64,000 nt of DNA from Coleofasciculus sp. B1-GNL1-01 (lineage in GTDB: Bacteria > Cyanobacteriota > Cyanobacteriia > Cyanobacteriales > Coleofasciculaceae): the NCBI GenBank assembly GCA_040220235.1, contig JAVJTO010000071.1; one strand, given 5' to 3'. Shown here piece after piece: positions 58,609-64,000 of this stretch. Numbering within the stretch: position 1 is the first letter of the stretch; the number at the start of each line of letters is the position of its first letter. The notes under the pieces were generated by a model. It was not told the origin of the DNA and made no database searches. It saw only the letters and a program-made list of their open reading frames with translations. The position numbers were made by a program, and so were the translations under genes.

Positions 58609-59337
58609 TCAGATCGCGTCAATTTTGACTAGAATCACGGTGATATTGTCCCGTCCGCCTTTTTCTTTGGCGGCGGCAATTAGGTTAGCCGAGATCTCTT
58701 CGCCATCCCCATTGGACTGGAGATGGGACGCGATCGCGGTGTCTGAGAGTTCCTCAGTCAGTCCGTCGGTACAAAGGAGCAGGAAATCTCCTGACTGAAT
58801 CTCCATGGACTCGACATCAACGGACTGTAAGTCCTTGCGACCTAGACATTGGGACAACACATGACGCCAGGGATGCGTTCGCGCCTGTTCTGGAGTCAGA
58901 TCCCCAGCTTTCATGGCGCGTGCTACCCAGGTATGGTCATCCGTCATTTGTTCGAGTTTTAATTGTCGCCATCGATAGAGGCGAGAATCACCCACATGAG
59001 CCAGCCAAGGCTGACCTTTACGGAAGATGACCACAACAGCCGTCGTGCCCATATCTGCCCGTTCGGGATGATTTTTTTGATCCTCTAAGATCGCCTGATT
59101 AGCATCGTAGAGGGCTTGTTCCAGTAACGTTTCCGAAGGGACTGACTCTAGCCATTGCCGCTCTAAACGTGCCTGAATGACCTCTGTAGCCAGTTGGCTG
59201 GCTTCCTGTCCCCCAGCATGACCGCCCATGCCGTCGGCGACAATGAAAAAGCGTCCCTTCGGATCGATGTAGTAATAGTCCTGGTTTACGGTACGAATTA
59301 AGCCCGGGTCAGTGAGACCCGTAAAGCGACATTTCAT
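58609..59337 (-). CDS. PP2C-family Ser/Thr phosphatase (PphA-like)
   Basis: TDPGLIR..NQD, VADGMGGH, MGTT, HVGDSR, CTDGL, GGRDNIT. Confidence 0.95.
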   Translation of the reverse strand: MKCRFTGLTDPGLIRTVNQDYYYIDPKGRFFIVADGMGGHAGGQEASQLATEVIQARLERQWLESVPSETLLEQALYDANQAILEDQKNHPERADMGTTAVVVIFRKGQPWLAHVGDSRLYRWRQLKLEQMTDDHTWVARAMKAGDLTPEQARTHPWRHVLSQCLGRKDLQSVDVESMEIQSGDFLLLCTDGLTEELSDTAIASHLQSNGDGEEISANLIAAAKEKGGRDNITVILVKIDAI

Positions 59338-59371
59338 AAAGTTTGTGCTGGCGTCAATAACCTTATGGGAG

Positions 59372-61129
59372 TTATAACATGCGATCGTATCGGTCGAGCC
59401 TTCGGAGTAAACGAATTAGGGCAAAAGCGATCGCGGCGGCGACTAACGCCACAACTAATGCCAGCCCGACTTGACCATTAACAAATAAGATCGTAGCTGA
59501 CAATGTGAATGCACTGAGTAGTAACGCATAATTTGTTCCAATTTGAATGCTACTCATTCGGCGCAAGATGCGATCCGACTCGATAGAACGAACCCGTAGA
59601 CGTATATCTCCCCGTTCTAATTTTTCAATCGTATCCTCAATCCGCCGAGGTAATCCCAACGCCGTACTACTCACTTGAGCCGCTTGGCGTCCCAATTCAT
59701 TCAAGAATGTATTACCCTCAGGGCTATTACCGTTAGTCATGATTTGCAGAGCAAAAGGTTTTGCCACTTCCATAAAGTTAAATTCTGGGTCTAAGCCCTT
59801 GCCCACTCCTTCCAATGTGGAGAAGGCTCGCATCACAAACGTGAAGGTTGCCGGAAAGCGAAAGGGTTGACCATAAGCGATTTCATATAAATCGTCGCTA
59901 ATTTCACTCACCGACTGTTCTTCAAAGGGCTTATCCATAAAGTGATCCAGCATATACTGGATCGAACGCCGCACCGGACCCATATCATCAACCGGAGACA
60001 GGGCACCTAATGCGACCAAAGACTCAACAACTCGACTGGCATCTTTTTGGGCAACGCCAAAGAGCGTCTGCATCAACCCTTCCCTGACATTTGCCTTAAT
60101 CCGCCCCATCATGCCGAAATCATAGAAGATCAATGAGCCTTCCGGACTAACCGCAATATTGCCGGGATGGGGATCGGCATGAAAGAAACCGTCATTGAGC
60201 AACTGCTGTAGGTAAGCTCTTGCCCCTAGTTGAGCCAGCAGTTTCCGATCCAATCCAGCGGCTTCTAATGCCTCGTAGTGACTAATCTTAATTCCTGGAG
60301 CATACTCTAGGGTTAAGACTCGATTTGAGGTATAGCGCCAATAGACACGCGGAACTTTTACCCAATCGTAGGTGCGGAAATTACGGCGGAAGGTATCGGC
60401 ATTGCGACCTTCACTAAGATAATCAATCTCTTCCCAAAGAATGCGACAGCATTCTTCATAAATGCCCATCCAGTCTCGACCTCGACCCCAATCGGGGTGA
60501 TTTTGGAAGTAACGGGCAATCCCCTTGAGAATTTGTAGGTCTATCGTAAACAGTTTCCGCAAGCCCGGTCGTTGTACCTTGACCACAACCTCTTCTCCAC
60601 TCTGGAGTTGAGCTTTGTGGACTTGTCCTAAACTGGCTGCTGCTAGAGGAATCGGATCAAAATTGTCAAAGAGTTCACTTACAGATTTCCCTAAATCTTT
60701 CTTGACAATTGCCTCGACTTGATCATAGTTAAAAGCCGGGACGCGATCCTGTAGTTTAGACAGTTCCTCTACATATTCACCAGGGAATAAGTCAGACCGA
60801 GTTGAAAATAGCTGTCCCACCTTGATAAAGGTTGGACCTAACTCTAAGAACGTATCTCGAATCCAGATTGCCTGTGTCTTACGACGAGCCGCCTGTTTTG
60901 CATCGGTCATGCCCCCTGGATAGCTCCAAGGTTTGCCGTTGAGCCACAACTGGAAGAGGAGGGTTAAAACAAATGTCCAAATATCGACAAATCGTCGATG
61001 TCGGGAATAGTTTTCCCGATTCCAACGATATGCCTTGTCTTGGTTTATCCCTCTTAGGGAACGTTGGCTAGACACCTGGCGTTCCTTATATTGCTTGAGG
61101 TTAACATAGTTATCAGAAACAGCAGACAC
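59372..61129 (-). CDS. ABC1/UbiB family atypical kinase
   Basis: LGPTFIKVGQ, AAASLGQVH, VKVQRP, FHADPHPGN, YDFGM. Confidence 0.95.
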   Translation of the reverse strand: MSAVSDNYVNLKQYKERQVSSQRSLRGINQDKAYRWNRENYSRHRRFVDIWTFVLTLLFQLWLNGKPWSYPGGMTDAKQAARRKTQAIWIRDTFLELGPTFIKVGQLFSTRSDLFPGEYVEELSKLQDRVPAFNYDQVEAIVKKDLGKSVSELFDNFDPIPLAAASLGQVHKAQLQSGEEVVVKVQRPGLRKLFTIDLQILKGIARYFQNHPDWGRGRDWMGIYEECCRILWEEIDYLSEGRNADTFRRNFRTYDWVKVPRVYWRYTSNRVLTLEYAPGIKISHYEALEAAGLDRKLLAQLGARAYLQQLLNDGFFHADPHPGNIAVSPEGSLIFYDFGMMGRIKANVREGLMQTLFGVAQKDASRVVESLVALGALSPVDDMGPVRRSIQYMLDHFMDKPFEEQSVSEISDDLYEIAYGQPFRFPATFTFVMRAFSTLEGVGKGLDPEFNFMEVAKPFALQIMTNGNSPEGNTFLNELGRQAAQVSSTALGLPRRIEDTIEKLERGDIRLRVRSIESDRILRRMSSIQIGTNYALLLSAFTLSATILFVNGQVGLALVVALVAAAIAFALIRLLRRLDRYDRML

Positions 61130-61589
61130 CTAGATTCCTGAATGATGGTCTCCTCTTAATCTTAATAAAAATTCAAAATCTTTGAAAGCTAAGAACACCC
61201 CAAGCGAGTATCTGTAATATCAAATCTGGGTTGACTACCCCCTTTTTGGTAAAGACAAGGCAGATGGCTCTAAGGCAGATAGCTCCAAGGCTTCAAGGAA
61301 AAAGTACCCTAGGGATAGAGGAGATTCCAGAAGCGGATTGGTAAAAGCTGTAACGGGTGAAGGGAAAAGGGAACAGGTCACAGCCAACAGAAGATATTAC
61401 AAATTGCTATGGGATTAATAAACTGATGCTAAGCGTGGCGCATGGCTCCAAATACTGACCAGCTAAAATCTCCTCTGCTCCTCTGCTCCCTGACTCCCTG
61501 GCTTGCATAGAGAAAGGTGGTCAACAACTTTTGCCGTCATGCCCACTTGCTGTTACCTCAACCTGGAAACACCGCCAGTATCACTCAAA

Positions 61590-61919
61590 TCAACTCACTG
61601 ATTGATTGCGATAGAGCTGTAGCTCAGTCCGTAAGCGAGCAATTTCAGCTCGTAACTCGTCAATAGTAGCTTGTAGGTCAACGGATTGAGAACCAGTCGA
61701 AACAGTCGTACTAGAAGAGCGATCGCCCATGGCGATTTCCATTTCCTGTTGCGCCCTTTCCATGACTTGCTCAGTAAACTGTTGCAAATGCTCTCGCTGC
61801 TCAGCATCAAATTTGCCAAGTTCGCTAAGAGCATTCGTTAAGGAGTCTTCTACGCGATCGCCCAGAGTTTGAGCTAGCGATCGTCCGACAAAAAAGGCAT
61901 GAATGACTGGATTGCTCAT
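61590..61919 (-). CDS. Conserved cyanobacterial coiled-coil protein (DUF6825-like)
   Basis: AFFVGR...LSELGKFDAEQRE...DLQATIDELRAEIA; upstream of the ABC1 kinase. Confidence 0.75.
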   Translation of the reverse strand: MSNPVIHAFFVGRSLAQTLGDRVEDSLTNALSELGKFDAEQREHLQQFTEQVMERAQQEMEIAMGDRSSSTTVSTGSQSVDLQATIDELRAEIARLRTELQLYRNQSVS

Positions 61920-62109
61920 TGGGAAAATATGGTGGGTATCTGTAACGAATTATAACGTGCTTAAAAGATTGGCGGAGAGCGGGGGAAGCTGGGGGAGACA
62001 AGGGAGAGGAAGCAGATGGGGCGGGTTTAGTCGCATCCGGATGAGCTGAAAAACGAGAATACTGAAACCCATCCCTACAAACCCGATTCCCAACTAGCGC
62101 AGCAAAGGG

Positions 62110-63456
62110 TCAAAACATTCCCTGTTCCCTGTTCTCTGTGCCCTTTTCTCTGACAAATTTTGGAGGTTCGGAAACGGGCCAATCGCTACGGGGAGGAAAG
62201 GTTTGTTGGGTATGCAAAATCGTTGCTCCAGGTTCACTAGGTTGATTTAGTCGTACAGCACAACCGAATCCAATCCCGGCTGACGCCGCGATCGCTCCGG
62301 TCATGAACAACGCTTGTAACGGTATTGAGGCTTTGGTTTTAGCCGTTTTGAGGGTTGAATGTAGAGACGTGCCATGGCGCGTCTTTGACCCAACGCTAGG
62401 CTCATCGGGAAACGGGTTTGTAGAGGCGGGTTGAGGAAATTTTGTTTCGCTATTGATGGTAACGTTTGTACAAAACCCGCCCTGACTCAAGGTTGAGTGT
62501 TGACTCTTTGCTCCCCTTGATGGCACAGGGTTAACCTTGAACTTGCCAGGTAGGGAACCTACTTTTGACGTTGGCTGGTTTTCCACTGGCAGAGTGGTTA
62601 TCGGTTCAAGGACAGCAACAGACTCCTGAAGGGGAAGCTGCTTGAGCCAAGTGTCTATGGTTTGGGGACGGTTGTTGGGGATGAGTTCTAAACCGTACTG
62701 TAATGCTTGTTGAATGATAGGTCTTAATTTAGACGGGGCTGGCTGAGAGAGCGAGGAAAATAGACAATTGTCTCCCTTGGCTGATAACCTCTGTCGCACA
62801 GGTGCGGGTAAGGGAGGATATCCGGTGAGTAAGCAGTAGAATGTGGCGGTTAAGGCATAGATATCAGTTTGCCGCGTCGCTGTGTTTGCCAAGGTGTTGT
62901 CTTCTGGAGGAGCATAGCCAGCAGAGAGTAAGCTAGCGTAGGTTTGTTTGATGCCTGGGGTGAACTCATAGAGCATCCCAACTTCACATAACACAACGCG
63001 ATCGCTATCCTGACGCCGAATAATGTTTTTGGGTTGGATATCTCGGTGTAGTAACTCGACTTGGTGTAGAACCTTTACCGCATCACTGATTTGACGGATA
63101 TAGTTGATCGCCTCAGCCTCTGGCAAGGAACCCGCTTGCAGAACGTCTGTCAATGTCTGTCCGGGGATATATTCCATAACCAGGTAGGGATATCCCTTGT
63201 CCTCAAAATAGTCGAGGACGCGAACTAGATGAGGATGTTGGCAGTAGTTCAAGCGTTTGGCAATGTCTAAAAATTGCTGCTTGAATTGATTAACGTTTGC
63301 ATGCTGGCGCAGCGCTGCACCTAGGGTTTTGATCACAACCGATTGACCTAACTCTGTATCGGTTGCTTTATAGGTGAGACTGAAAACACCCGCACCCAGT
63401 TGGGTACTGAGAACATATTTCCCTTTGTTTAAAGCCCGTCCTGCCTTCAAGTTCAT
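62110..63456 (-). CDS. Ser/Thr kinase-like protein, degenerate, with C-terminal TM helix
   Basis: LGAGVF, VVIK, HRDIQPKN, LCEVG in place of DFG, GYAPPE. Confidence 0.85.
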   Translation of the reverse strand: MNLKAGRALNKGKYVLSTQLGAGVFSLTYKATDTELGQSVVIKTLGAALRQHANVNQFKQQFLDIAKRLNYCQHPHLVRVLDYFEDKGYPYLVMEYIPGQTLTDVLQAGSLPEAEAINYIRQISDAVKVLHQVELLHRDIQPKNIIRRQDSDRVVLCEVGMLYEFTPGIKQTYASLLSAGYAPPEDNTLANTATRQTDIYALTATFYCLLTGYPPLPAPVRQRLSAKGDNCLFSSLSQPAPSKLRPIIQQALQYGLELIPNNRPQTIDTWLKQLPLQESVAVLEPITTLPVENQPTSKVGSLPGKFKVNPVPSRGAKSQHSTLSQGGFCTNVTINSETKFPQPASTNPFPDEPSVGSKTRHGTSLHSTLKTAKTKASIPLQALFMTGAIAASAGIGFGCAVRLNQPSEPGATILHTQQTFPPRSDWPVSEPPKFVREKGTENREQGMF

Positions 63457-64000
63457 AAAAATTCACTCCCCACAAGCACAAATAATGCTATAGCCTAGAT
63501 GGAGTATTGTAAAGTTCCAATAACAATATAGTCGGATATAGTCATGTTTGGTAATATATAGACATAAAACGCTCAGACTATTTGCTCGCGGATGTACGGA
63601 TTAAGAAGGTCGAAACGGAAAACCGAAAAGATTAGGCCCTAGTTAAAATCTCACGGACAATAATGCTACTAACCCAAAGACATATAATCAAAAAATTAAG
63701 CTAATTAAAAGAAGAGGTTATGGGTTAAATAATTTTGATAATTTTAGAAGAAGGGTTCTGCTTAATTGGTATTTTGGCTAGTAATTTATCATAGTTAGTC
63801 TGAAAGAGCCGTCGTTATTTAGTCAATCTCTTAGTTGACCAAGATATCACCACTTTAGTAATTGGGAAAAATGACGGTTGGAAACAAGAAGTGAACTTAG
63901 GAAAAGTCAACAATCAAAAATTTGTGACCGTTCCTCATGCTCGATTAATTGACATGATTATTTACAAATGTCAATTACTAGGAATATCGGTGATTCTTCA

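Noticed and set aside
63457..64000. Gene or RNA in the terminal AT-rich region
   Set aside because: No ORF or convincing structure seen

Overview
Filamentous-cyanobacterial chromosome (dense HIP1 GCGATCGC octamers, heptamer tandem repeats, MITEs; taxon is an inference). From left to right: (1) pilin-like, VWA and degenerate-caspase genes; (2) a minus-strand FHA/TPS - secreted TPR-CHAT protease - DUF928 - CHASE2/SpoIIE locus whose DUF928 protein carries nine tandem 22-aa GGxRG-ended repeats, preceded by an SdrD/RTX adhesin and a chimeric copy of it; (3) a lasso-peptide-type RiPP cluster (RRE, B2 peptidase, cyclase, HPr-kinase-like protein, JmjC oxygenase) with three precursors that share a GSxGSGGD ring but have unusually long, acidic, divergent tails, and whose ABC exporter and nucleotidyltransferase are fused tail-to-tail by a deletion; (4) three IS200/IS605 OMEGA elements: an ORF-less omegaRNA element sitting on a start codon, an intact IsrB, and an intact TnpB splitting a DUF99 gene; (5) housekeeping genes (probable 6S RNA, carA, Mini-III, rlmB, larB, pheT, kinases and phosphatases). 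The best candidates for an undescribed system are the long-tailed lasso cluster and the CHAT/DUF928-repeat/CHASE2 putative peptide-signalling module. All family calls come from motif recognition by eye; no searches were run.
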